Part shown: piece after piece, positions 1-8,718 of the stretch
Position numbering within the stretch: position 1 is the stretch's first letter
Layout: every line of letters begins with the position of its first letter
DNA from: a virus
Lineage: Duplodnaviria > Caudoviricetes
Virus record (IMG/VR): IMGVR_UViG_3300032295_001188
Span: 1-51,078 of that record
Strand: one strand, 5' to 3'
DNA: 51,078 bases
Notes under the pieces: model-generated
Databases searched by the model: none
What the model was told of the DNA's origin: nothing
The model's input: the letters and a program-made list of their open reading frames with translations, nothing else
Translations under genes and position numbers: made by a program

Positions 1-78
1 AACGTCAGTATCAAGGTCGTGTTCACCCAGAAAAAGCTGCTGCTTAAACGAGGAGCACATTGCTTGAGAGATAGGCAT
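1..78 (-). CDS. 5' part of a virion/tail protein, runs off the window
   Basis: ATG at 78 with AAGGAA RBS; reads MPISQAMCSSFKQQLFLGEHDLDTDV, open to the edge, directly downstream of the adaptor gene. Confidence 0.7.
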   Translation of the reverse strand, partial: MPISQAMCSSFKQQLFLGEHDLDTDV

Positions 79-87
79 GTTGTTTCC

Positions 88-738
88 TTAAATGACTTGC
101 GTCCTGATCTGCCCACTGCGGTAGGCATCTTGACGGTTCTTGCCGTCACCCAGGTTCTTCAGCAGCGTCAGGGACTGCACGTACTGTTTGTCCGTCTCGG
201 CAACGATGTCAGGCTCTTGCTTCATGAACCGAGCAGCTTCAACCAGCACCGCATTGACCAGCACGGACTCAAAGTTGTCGCCCAACCAAGACGTACCGGC
301 AGTGACAATACTGACCGGATAGTAAAAGTAGTGCAGCTCCGTTGACAGACTTGCACTGGGCGTCGGGCCGAGGATGAACGTCAACTCCGTCAAATTTGAC
401 GAGTCAGGGCCAAACAACGCGTAGTACTTCGGAGTGCCCGTCGTATTCGGGTTGGGAAACGCCGAGCGGATGAAGTTCACATCCTTGTTCAGCAGATACT
501 CGTAGTTTCCTGAAGCATCAATGACTGCAAGGCTGAAGACAGACAAGAAATCTGTTGGCGCGGTCAGGTACTGATTGCCAGAAGTCAACGTGCCATTGAC
601 GTTTTTGCGGAGCGCCGGAAGCTGAACAGAGTTGTAGATCCTTTGTTCAGATAGTTGAACCATATTAGCAAAATCAGTCGAAGAGAACGTGTTCTCAACG
701 TAGTCCTGAACAGCCGTCTGCAACTCGGTGTAGTTCAC
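88..738 (-). CDS. head-tail adaptor / tail tubular protein A-like
   Basis: 216 aa; MNYTELQTAVQDY start, GTPKYYA and GPTP motifs typical of podovirus adaptor proteins; position in the structural operon. Confidence 0.6.
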   Translation of the reverse strand: MNYTELQTAVQDYVENTFSSTDFANMVQLSEQRIYNSVQLPALRKNVNGTLTSGNQYLTAPTDFLSVFSLAVIDASGNYEYLLNKDVNFIRSAFPNPNTTGTPKYYALFGPDSSNLTELTFILGPTPSASLSTELHYFYYPVSIVTAGTSWLGDNFESVLVNAVLVEAARFMKQEPDIVAETDKQYVQSLTLLKNLGDGKNRQDAYRSGQIRTQVI

Positions 739-768
739 TTTTTGGACTTCCCGCCAAAAATTTCCAAA

Positions 769-960
769 TTACGCCATCGGCCCACGAGACATGAAGCCCC
801 GCGTAGCAGCACCAGACCCACGCTGCTTGATGCCAGACGTTTTGGCTTTTGGAGCAGCTTCCTTGGAGAAGTTGTTCACCACCATGCAGAGGTCCCGAGG
901 GTTCTCGGCTTCCTGGGGGTATGCCTGCTTGGCAGGCGGCAGCTTTGTAATCTTGCCCAT
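769..960 (-). CDS. small basic virion-associated protein
   Basis: 63 aa, co-oriented, C-terminal SGIKQRGSGAATRG. Confidence 0.65.
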   Translation of the reverse strand: MGKITKLPPAKQAYPQEAENPRDLCMVVNNFSKEAAPKAKTSGIKQRGSGAATRGFMSRGPMA

Positions 961-964
961 GATG

Positions 965-1120
965 TCAGCCCGTCTTTTGGTTCATGGCGCGGGACATATT
1001 CTTGCCCAGGCGCATGCGGTCGTCAGTGGTGGGCCCACCCTTTTTGAAGGTCTTGGGCTTGCCGGGATGCAGCTTGGCCTCGTGGGCGCTCACTGCTTCT
1101 TTCGGAGTCATCTTTGCCAT
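965..1120 (-). CDS. small basic protein (51 aa, not in the ORF track)
   Basis: AAGGAG RBS; MAKMTPKEAVSAHEAKLHPGKPKTFKKGGPTTDDRMRLGKNMSRAMNQKTG*; fills the gap in the operon. Confidence 0.7.
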   Translation of the reverse strand: MAKMTPKEAVSAHEAKLHPGKPKTFKKGGPTTDDRMRLGKNMSRAMNQKTG

Positions 1121-1136
1121 TTCGGGCTCCTTGTGA

Positions 1137-1529
1137 TTAAGTCACGCTGATCGTGACTGTACCAACATATCCCTGAGCCACCAAGGTGTTTGGCGTCAGG
1201 GGCGCATCAAAACCTCTTGAACCTCCAACAGGGTTCCAGCCCCACTGGATCACGCGGCTGCCCTCACCAAACGAACCCGTAGCCGTCACGCCGGAAGAGT
1301 ACCAAGTGTTCGTGTCTGGACGTGGATCTCGTATGGCCTGAGGGTCACTGACGGGGTACATCCCAAGCTGCAACTGCGGTTGATCGGGCACCCAGCACGC
1401 GGGGCACGCTTTGATCTGTGTTTGCTTGGTCTTTACCGTCAGGTTCTTGAGTTTCTTCAGGTCAAAACGAAACCCGCACAGGTCACAGAAACCAAATGCT
1501 TTTGCGCCGTTTGCAAAACGGTTGCTCAT
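1137..1529 (-). CDS. hypothetical protein with two CxxC pairs
   Basis: CDLC...CPAC; ATGA overlap with the upstream gene. Confidence 0.7.
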   Translation of the reverse strand: MSNRFANGAKAFGFCDLCGFRFDLKKLKNLTVKTKQTQIKACPACWVPDQPQLQLGMYPVSDPQAIRDPRPDTNTWYSSGVTATGSFGEGSRVIQWGWNPVGGSRGFDAPLTPNTLVAQGYVGTVTISVT

Positions 1530-2221
1530 GAGATAAACATCTGCCGGGGCACGAACCGTACCGCAGCCTTCTCACGGTCCTCGCCCATAGCTAATTCTAA
1601 GTCTTGATCGTACTGCGCTTTCAACATTGGCATGCGGTCCGCAGCCCCAGGAATCTTCATTGAAAGGTAGTAAGCAAGGCCAGAAATAAGTGGCGGTATA
1701 AAGCGAAACGGAATATCTTGAGTGTACGTTCCGCCTGCGCCTGGATCTTGAAGACGCCGTAGCCGCCAGTACACAAACTGATATTGTTGTGAGCCATCAG
1801 GTGTAGGCCAAATTGTAATTTGCGGCGTTGGCGCTTGCCTGTTTACCCATACTTGAATAGGCCGCGCTTGTTGCAATTTGTTGGGGATGCTGGAGTACGT
1901 TGAAACACTGATGCGAGTAATCGTCAAATCCACTTGCGTAGAAACATTCCCAGCACCTGTTCGTATGACATGCTCAATAAGGTCAACAGTGTCATCCGGC
2001 AGGTTGTAAGTATTGGTGCCTTGGACGAGATTGATTGTGCCAGAGTCTATGGTCCAAAGATTTATGCCCAAATTAGACCAGCCCGCCAGCAAAATTGACA
2101 GCGAACGCCGTGCTGTGCGCAAGTCATATCCCGTGCGCAATTCTGAAGAACACCGTTCGTGGGCCTCCTCGACGATTTCATTGAGGTCTGGATTCCAAAC
2201 TGCTACGCCGGATGTTGCCAT
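1526..2221 (-). CDS. head-tail adaptor / tail tubular protein
   Basis: 231 aa; NLWT, IWPTPD and DIPFRF motifs typical of podovirus adaptors. Confidence 0.6.
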   Translation of the reverse strand: MATSGVAVWNPDLNEIVEEAHERCSSELRTGYDLRTARRSLSILLAGWSNLGINLWTIDSGTINLVQGTNTYNLPDDTVDLIEHVIRTGAGNVSTQVDLTITRISVSTYSSIPNKLQQARPIQVWVNRQAPTPQITIWPTPDGSQQYQFVYWRLRRLQDPGAGGTYTQDIPFRFIPPLISGLAYYLSMKIPGAADRMPMLKAQYDQDLELAMGEDREKAAVRFVPRQMFIS

Positions 2222-2224
2222 GAT

Positions 2225-2518
2225 TTACTTTGCTGTCAGCGCGGAGCGCTTGAAGGCTTGGGCAGTAGGAGCGCCGGGAGAACCCGGCTTGCGCATCTTC
2301 TCACCCGATCCAGCGGCAATCCGCTTGCGCTTGGCGTTAATATTGGCGTAGAGGCCAACTTCTCCGCCCTCGGCGTACACCTGTCCGCCTTCGGCGTACT
2401 CGACAAAATCGGTGTTGTCCCTGCGAGCATGGCGCTTGCCACCTTCCAAAAAGTCGGTGTTGTCCCGGCGCTTCTTCAGTTCCGGGCGGATAGCGCCCAT
2501 GCCCCTTGACATCCTCAC
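2225..2518 (-). CDS. small basic protein with internal RRDNTDF duplication
   Basis: probable GTG start at 2518 overlapping the upstream stop; YAEGG twice; GLYANINAKRKR. Confidence 0.65.
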   Translation of the reverse strand: MRMSRGMGAIRPELKKRRDNTDFLEGGKRHARRDNTDFVEYAEGGQVYAEGGEVGLYANINAKRKRIAAGSGEKMRKPGSPGAPTAQAFKRSALTAK

Positions 2519-2835
2519 ACGAATCTCCCCTTGGTCTTGCCCTTGGTAGCGCAACCGTCAGCGCGAGAAGATGCAGAGCCTCCACTAGCATAACCCTTAG
2601 TCATGCCGCCTTTGGCATAACCTGCTTGGTTATATGCCTCGCCTTCACGCGCCGACTCAGGCACAGATTCACGCAAGGCTTTGGCCGCACGCATGTCATC
2701 ACGCGCAGATTTACGCATTGTTGGCATCAAACGCGACATCATGTCGTCTTCACCAGCAATACCGCGCTGCATCATGGCACGAGCACGATCCAGTTTTTCA
2801 GACTCTTTGGCCGAAGGGGTACGGTAGTTAGGCAT
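2515..2835 (-). CDS. small basic protein
   Basis: GAGG RBS; YAKGG and YASGG; C-terminal RADGCATKGKTKG. Confidence 0.7.
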   Translation of the reverse strand: MPNYRTPSAKESEKLDRARAMMQRGIAGEDDMMSRLMPTMRKSARDDMRAAKALRESVPESAREGEAYNQAGYAKGGMTKGYASGGSASSRADGCATKGKTKGRFV

Positions 2836-2844
2836 GTTGTTTCC

Positions 2845-3171
2845 TCAGCAGGCTTTGCCGCCCATTGCCATCTTGATCATCTTGCCCTTGGTCTTGCCCT
2901 TGGTAGCAACACCATCGATGGAGCCGCCCTTGGCGTAGCCCTTGGCTTCGGCCATCTCATGCTTGATCATGGACTTCGGAGCGCCCTTCTTTTTCATGAA
3001 GGCCACTTCCTTCTTCATCATCGCGGGGGATTCTTTTTTCACGGTGCCTCCTTCGGCATGTGCTTTGGGACCAACAAACTTCTCGGCAACGCTACGGGGG
3101 ATGCCTGTACCCTTTGGATCTTTCAACGCAGCGTACATCAGACGCCGCTGAGCATCGGACTTAACCGGCAT
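2845..3171 (-). CDS. small basic K/M-rich protein
   Basis: HAEGG, YAKGG and MAMGG; DGVATKGKTKG shared with the neighbouring gene. Confidence 0.7.
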   Translation of the reverse strand: MPVKSDAQRRLMYAALKDPKGTGIPRSVAEKFVGPKAHAEGGTVKKESPAMMKKEVAFMKKKGAPKSMIKHEMAEAKGYAKGGSIDGVATKGKTKGKMIKMAMGGKAC

Positions 3172-3406
3172 TTTTATGCACCTCTACCAAGCGGTCCAGC
3201 TTAGTATCCAGACGGTCAAGGCGATCCAGAACACGGTTAATATCGGCATGAACTTCTACCTTGGTAACGTATTCCTTGGCAACCTCTTCCCGCGTCTTGT
3301 TCAGCAGGATACCAAGTCGGTTGATTTCAGCAGACTTCTCTTTCAAGATCCACCCCAGCAAACCAATGAAAACCGTGAGAAGCGTGTTCCAGACTAGCGA
3401 GTCCAT
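3161..3406 (-). CDS. small membrane-anchored coiled-coil protein (possibly lysis-related)
   Basis: N-terminal hydrophobic helix followed by the heptad-like LDRLDRLDTKLDRL. Confidence 0.6.
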   Translation of the reverse strand: MDSLVWNTLLTVFIGLLGWILKEKSAEINRLGILLNKTREEVAKEYVTKVEVHADINRVLDRLDRLDTKLDRLVEVHKNAG

Positions 3407-3407
3407 G

Positions 3408-3677
3408 TTAGCAGTTCCATGCCTTCAGAGATTTATTGATGCGGCTGTTGGGATCTTTGGCTGTCTTCTCGCTAGTGAGTTTAGCCTTCATCCCCTGCAT
3501 TCTTGAGCAAAATGACTTGCGCCGTCCAGCATCTTTTTCAGTCTTAGGGTTGGGTGCAGGAGGCTTCAGTCCAGGCTTACCGGGATTAGCCCGATTGTAG
3601 GAGGCACGGCCCTTGGCATTGAGCCCTCCCGCGTCTGATTTGCCTTCAGCCCTTTGCCAAGCGGGTGACTTAGCCAT
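3408..3677 (-). CDS. small basic phage protein
   Basis: MAKSPAWQRAEGK...GRRKSFCSRM...SLKAWNC; coupled to the upstream stop. Confidence 0.7.
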   Translation of the reverse strand: MAKSPAWQRAEGKSDAGGLNAKGRASYNRANPGKPGLKPPAPNPKTEKDAGRRKSFCSRMQGMKAKLTSEKTAKDPNSRINKSLKAWNC

Positions 3678-4141
3678 TACTTCTCCAACAGGAAAGAAAG
3701 ATTGGCGTGGCGTGGGTATGTCACTGTGCGTTCGCCTTCAGGACACTTGTACTTGATGGTTGCCAACAAAGTTGCTTTACCCGGAGCCACTGCGCTTTTG
3801 TCCGAGATCTTTAGCTGGTATGTGAACGTGTCAACCTCTTCGCTGGCAGGTCCCGTAAATTTTGGCATGCTTGGTGTGGAGGCATGAATGACCCCTGCAG
3901 CGTCACGAACTGTGGGTTCAAACCCTTCCACAGAGCAATCATCGCGCTTCTTGATTCTGGCGACGGTGACGTTTACGGGCTGACCAATCTTGGTCGGAGC
4001 AATCTTAAAGTGCTCCGGCGACCACTGAAGAATCTCACGCTGGAACCAACCAAACTTATCTCCCGCTGTGTAGCCGCCAACCACCAGCGCAAACGCCGCA
4101 GTCACAAACTGCACAACAGGAGTAATTTTGGGGAGTTCCAT
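3677..4141 (-). CDS. membrane-anchored hypothetical protein
   Basis: N-terminal TM segment and beta-rich domain with two Cys. Confidence 0.6.
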   Translation of the reverse strand: MELPKITPVVQFVTAAFALVVGGYTAGDKFGWFQREILQWSPEHFKIAPTKIGQPVNVTVARIKKRDDCSVEGFEPTVRDAAGVIHASTPSMPKFTGPASEEVDTFTYQLKISDKSAVAPGKATLLATIKYKCPEGERTVTYPRHANLSFLLEK

Positions 4142-4160
4142 ACTAGACGTTCAAACCTTG

Positions 4161-4472
4161 TTAGGCCCACATCCTTACGGGGGTCTTGACCTCGACCTTG
4201 TAGGCGTCCAACTCTGGAGCCTCTTCGGTGTGGCGCACGTTGACGTGAAAGCCTTTCAGCGGAGCCATCTCGTCCACCGCGTCGCCGCTTTCGTCCTCAG
4301 CAGGCAGCAGGTTGCCCGTTGGCTTGTAGATCACGCCGATGATGTCAACAGCAGCGTACTTGGGCACCAGCACCGTCTCGACCACATCGTCTTGCACGTT
4401 GGTCTGCTCGGTGAACAGCGCCGCGTTGGCCTCGGCTTCGTCGGTGAAGCGTAAGAAGAAGTCCGTGTACAT
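4161..4472 (-). CDS. tail fibre-associated protein (possible chaperone)
   Basis: acidic; GAGG RBS before ATG 4472 (alternative GTG at 4511); GFHVNVR and terminal PVRMWA; follows the fibre gene. Confidence 0.55.
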   Translation of the reverse strand: MYTDFFLRFTDEAEANAALFTEQTNVQDDVVETVLVPKYAAVDIIGVIYKPTGNLLPAEDESGDAVDEMAPLKGFHVNVRHTEEAPELDAYKVEVKTPVRMWA

Positions 4473-4507
4473 GGGCACCTCGTTGAATGGGTCGAAGGGG
4501 TCGTAGG

Positions 4508-5917
4508 TCACAGGGTTATTGCCTGAAGTTCGGCATTACTCAGGCGGCGGGGGTAGTAAGTGATGCGGCGGAGCCAAAGATTGGTGTACGAGGTAAACGC
4601 CGTAGTAGCTCCCAAACCTAATTTATTTGCCGTTGGCAATGCGTTTGTAGTTGTGTCTGTATTTACAGCGGAGCCATTAGCACTCAAAGCAAAATCGTTA
4701 ATTTTTGCAGCCAGCGCCGCCTTAAAAACAGTATTTTGCGGCATTGCGCTTGCAACTATTGTGCTTGCGCCATCTCCAAAACCTCGGGCGTCTGTTCCAT
4801 TTCTTTGGATAGAAATAACGTTGTTAAATGCGGAATCTTCAATTGACGCAACACGAGCAAAAGAAGATGAAGGAGAAATTGGCACTCCCTCAGCATACAA
4901 CGTCCCCTCAGTCGCGTTGTACCAAGGGCTCAGCGTATTCACTGAAGCCCTATCTTCAGAACGGGTCAGCGCGGTGGTTGTGGTGGGGATGACGGAGGTG
5001 GCAAAAGCGCCGAGTTCTAACTGCGGCAGGCCGATGCGCAGGGTGTAATCCACCGCACCTGTTCCAGTTGTAACGCGCAAAAACCCTAGCAATTGAGCCG
5101 TGGTTGCGCCCCCGTTAAGGGTTGCCGCTGCGCTTACACGTTGGGTCGCCAGTCCACTTGATGTTGGGTTAGTTAGGGCAGCAGAGGTTTGACCTGTAAT
5201 AAATACACTTCCAGATGTGTATTCATTAAACCTACAATTAAATGAAGAAATGTTAGTGAGCGTCCCACCCACTAACTTGTAATACAGTGATTCTGTCCAT
5301 GTTTGCCCTGTAAGCGCGGACGTAGAACCTACAATATCAAAACTAATATCCGTGTTTACAGAGCCTGCTGTTGTACCAAAAATGCGTATGTCAATATAAG
5401 TAATGCCGTTTTCTGTGCCGGTGCCAACAATTTGAGATGAAAGTCCGGCTCCAGGCGTGACAGCCCAATTCGTCGGAGCCGTCCCCGGCGTACCAGCCGC
5501 CGCACCCACCATCGTGTTATTCCGAATGGAATTGGTGCGGGACTCCTCAATCAGCAGCCCCTGAGCCGCCAGCGTGCTGGGGTTGTAGTCGAAGCGGGGG
5601 GCGTCAACGGCTGCGCTGGTCAGCACACCAGCCGAGTCGAAGTACGTGGCCGTGCTGGCACGGGTGAAGGTGATGATCTGCGAAAAGGTTTTGTCTACGA
5701 GTCCCACGCCGGTCTCCCAAACTACGTATTGAGCAGCAATCTGATACTGCGGGATGATGAAGTTGGTGTTGAGCGTGTACCCGTTTGGGTCTGATTGATC
5801 CGTCACCACCCCTGCAAAAGACAAGTCAAGCGTCGGGCCAAGCTGATTGAACGGGTTGTTCCCCCCGCCGCCACGCAACGGGTACGCAGGAAGCGCGAAG
5901 CCAAACCCTAACGACAT
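4508..5917 (-). CDS. tail fibre / receptor-binding protein with lectin-like C-terminus
   Basis: TFTRASTATY, PRFDY, GLLIEESRTN, QLELGAFATSVIPT and YYPRRLSNAELQ motifs; T/S/G-rich. Confidence 0.65.
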   Translation of the reverse strand: MSLGFGFALPAYPLRGGGGNNPFNQLGPTLDLSFAGVVTDQSDPNGYTLNTNFIIPQYQIAAQYVVWETGVGLVDKTFSQIITFTRASTATYFDSAGVLTSAAVDAPRFDYNPSTLAAQGLLIEESRTNSIRNNTMVGAAAGTPGTAPTNWAVTPGAGLSSQIVGTGTENGITYIDIRIFGTTAGSVNTDISFDIVGSTSALTGQTWTESLYYKLVGGTLTNISSFNCRFNEYTSGSVFITGQTSAALTNPTSSGLATQRVSAAATLNGGATTAQLLGFLRVTTGTGAVDYTLRIGLPQLELGAFATSVIPTTTTALTRSEDRASVNTLSPWYNATEGTLYAEGVPISPSSSFARVASIEDSAFNNVISIQRNGTDARGFGDGASTIVASAMPQNTVFKAALAAKINDFALSANGSAVNTDTTTNALPTANKLGLGATTAFTSYTNLWLRRITYYPRRLSNAELQAITL

Positions 5918-6171
5918 CAGAAAATCCTGACCATGTTGGTCGCGGACGTACCCGACGCATACACACGAATCACTTGCAACGGCACTACCGTCCCGCCCGG
6001 AACAGCGTTGAACGTCACATCTGACCCCTGCGCCGTCAACACCCGCAAAGCCCCCGTGGTACCTACAAAAATGACGCTAGGCTCACGCAGGTTGTTGGTG
6101 TCACTAGGCGTGACAGCAGCCGCATCCCCAGGAAACATAGGGAACGTCGGACTGAAATTAGTCTTAGCCAT
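5917..6171 (-). CDS. small beta-rich virion protein
   Basis: AAAVTPSD...IFVG...G...PLQVIRV pattern; TGATG coupling to the fibre gene. Confidence 0.65.
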   Translation of the reverse strand: MAKTNFSPTFPMFPGDAAAVTPSDTNNLREPSVIFVGTTGALRVLTAQGSDVTFNAVPGGTVVPLQVIRVYASGTSATNMVRIF

Positions 6172-6242
6172 GTAGATCTCCGCTCTTCAGGACACGCGAA
6201 GCGTGGGAGCTGTAATTGGTCTTAGCCATTCAGCACTCCTAC

Positions 6243-6264
6243 AAGAAGGGGGCCGAAGCCCCCT
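6243..6264 (-). terminator. intrinsic terminator with cUUCGg loop
   Basis: minus strand AGGGGGC-TTCG-GCCCCCT-TCTT just after the stop at 6269. Confidence 0.65.
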
Positions 6265-6268
6265 GTCA

Positions 6269-6748
6269 TCAGTTCTCGAACGTGGTGGGGTTCTGAGCGC
6301 CGTTCGGAGCACGCTGGACATAGCTCACCGTCACAATGAACCGGCCCTGCGTGGTAGCCAGAGTGCCAATCGCATTGCGAATGTAAATCGTCGTATCCGC
6401 CGTGGTGGAGGTCTGCCATGCCAACTGCGTAGCCGCAGTCGTAGTACCACGGAATCGCCCGCCTGCGGTGGTGGCAACCGCCGCCATCAGCTCAGCGCCG
6501 CCAGAAGTCGTGCCCACAGAAATGGTGAACGTCGAAGTGGCCGTGGGGATCTGCACCTGATCCACAGTAATGTCCACAACCTGTGAACCCTGCGGAATGA
6601 TGAAGGCCGTCACATCCACGTTGCCCGTGCTGGCAGAAACAGTTCCCGAGTCATACGACTGGGCCAAGGTAACCAAGCCCGTATTGCGGCCAGGGTTGTA
6701 ACGGTTTGTGCCCACGCGAATCGGGCCGGAGAAGGTCGAAAAGCTCAT
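6269..6748 (-). CDS. virion structural protein
   Basis: 159 aa, T-rich; TFSGPIRVG start; GAGGA RBS. Confidence 0.65.
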   Translation of the reverse strand: MSFSTFSGPIRVGTNRYNPGRNTGLVTLAQSYDSGTVSASTGNVDVTAFIIPQGSQVVDITVDQVQIPTATSTFTISVGTTSGGAELMAAVATTAGGRFRGTTTAATQLAWQTSTTADTTIYIRNAIGTLATTQGRFIVTVSYVQRAPNGAQNPTTFEN

Positions 6749-6834
6749 GGCTTATTCCTCAATCTGCGCCCGTCGTCTCTGAGGAGAAGTCTGCCGAGTC
6801 AGTCGGCGGGCTGTGGTGAAGCTCGGTTTGTAAG

Positions 6835-6863
6835 AGGGTAGCACATGGGCGGGGTGGGGTCAA
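6835..6863 (-). promoter_or_regulatory. sigma70-like promoter
   Basis: TTGACC-17 nt-TACCCT with TGn extended -10; the -35 overlaps the GIY-YIG stop codon. Confidence 0.55.
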
Positions 6864-7705
6864 GCGTAAACGAACAACCAGCCCTTAAACGGCCCTTTTG
6901 CCAGCGGCTGTCCGGACTTTAGCGCACGATTGATCGTTGGGGCCTTCAAGCCCGTGGTCTCTCGCAGCGCCTGGATGCTGGCGTGTTTCTGCACTTCGCC
7001 GGACGGAAGCGTCACTTCTACGGCTTTGCGAATCTTTTCTTTGAACGAGTCAGGGCGCTCTTTGCCATACCAGAAGTTGCCTGCACCACTGAGTGTCTTG
7101 CTGATACGCAATCTTTGATCTAGTGAGATCTCCCTGCCTTTTAACGCGGCGGATCGTTTTGCTCTTGTTTCCTCTGACACAGGCCTTCCTTTGCTGGCAG
7201 CAGCAATCTTGGCTATGGCTTCTGGCGTGTGTTTTGCCCCCTTCCAAGGGTTTAGTAAGTTTGCTTCTTTGATCTTTTGCCGGGTACTTTCAGAAAGCGG
7301 TTTGCCCCAGTTGGGGTGGTTTTTACCTGACACCGCTGCACTCAGCTTTGCCCTCATTTCGGGACCAAAAACGCGCCCATAGTTTGACGCTTCGGAACCA
7401 AACTTACCGCGCATGGGAGCGCCCGCATACAACGCCCAGTTAAAGCAGTAATCTTTCCCGGCATGCTCATCAAGATATTTTTGTTCCGCAGCAAACAGCG
7501 CAGCGGGTTCAGCTACATCTTCCAACACCTCAAACACAAACGTTGCTTCTCCGTACTTGGCCCATGCCGCCGCCATGTGTTTGTTGGGGTGCGTACCGTC
7601 ACGCAGTTGCTTGCGATGCCTCGCCCATCGCTGAGCCTTGTTGACTGTGCTGCCGATGTAGAACTTGTTGTTTGCCGTGCAAGTGATGCGGTAGATGATG
7701 CCCAT
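6860..7705 (-). CDS. GIY-YIG homing endonuclease with NUMOD3-like repeats
   Basis: IIYRI...FYIGS...RWARH and H-N motif; repeated SESTRQKIKEA / HTPEAIAKIAAA / SEETRAKRSAA. Confidence 0.9.
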   Translation of the reverse strand: MGIIYRITCTANNKFYIGSTVNKAQRWARHRKQLRDGTHPNKHMAAAWAKYGEATFVFEVLEDVAEPAALFAAEQKYLDEHAGKDYCFNWALYAGAPMRGKFGSEASNYGRVFGPEMRAKLSAAVSGKNHPNWGKPLSESTRQKIKEANLLNPWKGAKHTPEAIAKIAAASKGRPVSEETRAKRSAALKGREISLDQRLRISKTLSGAGNFWYGKERPDSFKEKIRKAVEVTLPSGEVQKHASIQALRETTGLKAPTINRALKSGQPLAKGPFKGWLFVYA

Positions 7706-7747
7706 GTGGCCTCCTGTGTTATCAACCGATAGTGTATCACAGAAGAA

Positions 7748-7774
7748 ATAAGAAAGGGGCCGAAGCCCCTTTTT
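7748..7774 (-). terminator. intrinsic terminator after the major capsid gene
   Basis: AAAGGGGC-TTCG-GCCCCTTT-CTTATTT; T-runs on both sides. Confidence 0.8.
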
Positions 7775-7796
7775 CCTTGTAGATCAAGGACTTAGG

Positions 7797-8705
7797 TCAT
7801 GCGCCAGGACTGCCAAAACATCCGAGCGGATCGCTGACGCCGAAAGAATATCGCTCTCGCGCCTTGTACCTGTTGTTACCAGTATCAAAGTCGGTGTCCA
7901 TCGAGGTTGCCAGCGGCACGCGAACAAAGTGCTTCAGACCGTTGGGCACGTCCGTGGTCAGGAACCACGCATTGGTGTCGGTCAAGAAGTGGTTGATCGT
8001 GTAGCCTTCCGGGATCGAACCGTTGTTCTTCAGCGCGTTGATGTCGTTGTCGGTGGTGCCAACGCGCAGGCTGGTTTCCAACAAACGAGTAGCAACGAAC
8101 TGCAGAGCAGGCGGGACAATCAGCTTACGGGGCTTGGCAGCAATCAGCAGACCGCGCTCATCCGTCCAACCAGCGATCTGGATCACAGCCGCTTCGAGGG
8201 ACGTTTCGTTCAGGTCTGCAGCCGTCGCGGGACGGTTGCTGTTGGTGCCACCGGAGACCAGCGGGTGAGCGGTCGAGAACAAGGATTGACCGTCGCCGTA
8301 AACAACAGCGGCAGAGAAACCATTGTTCAGGATCGCAGCAGCCTTCACCTGCTTGGTGTAGGCCATACCACGGGCCAGAGCCTTCGTATAACGAGCCGAG
8401 AGGCTGTCATACAGGTTGTCTTCCATCGCCTCTTCGGTGATGGAGAAACCGTAGGCAATGGTTTCGTGGTTGTAACGAGCGGTCCAGGCTTCCTGCGCAT
8501 TGTCATACGCAATCGCTGCACCTTCGTTCTTCACCGGGGCTGCGGAGAAACCAGAGAGCTTGGTTTCCTCTTCGAACGAACGCTCGGAGGTCTCCGTCTC
8601 GTAGATCTCCTTGTGCTCTTCACCGTAGCGCTTGTACTCCATGCCGAACAGAGCGTTCAAGCCGGGCAGGAGTTCCTTCAGTAGTTGGGCACGTGAAATT
8701 GCCAT
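7797..8705 (-). CDS. major capsid protein
   Basis: 302 aa; MAISRAQLLKELLPGLNALFG, KLIVPPAL and YKARERYSFG; followed by a strong terminator. Confidence 0.85.
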   Translation of the reverse strand: MAISRAQLLKELLPGLNALFGMEYKRYGEEHKEIYETETSERSFEEETKLSGFSAAPVKNEGAAIAYDNAQEAWTARYNHETIAYGFSITEEAMEDNLYDSLSARYTKALARGMAYTKQVKAAAILNNGFSAAVVYGDGQSLFSTAHPLVSGGTNSNRPATAADLNETSLEAAVIQIAGWTDERGLLIAAKPRKLIVPPALQFVATRLLETSLRVGTTDNDINALKNNGSIPEGYTINHFLTDTNAWFLTTDVPNGLKHFVRVPLATSMDTDFDTGNNRYKARERYSFGVSDPLGCFGSPGA

Positions 8706-8718
8706 TTTAAGTTACTCC

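Noticed and set aside
6860-7705. Group I intron around the GIY-YIG gene
   Set aside because: Flanking genes are complete and the flanks are short and explained by a terminator and promoters
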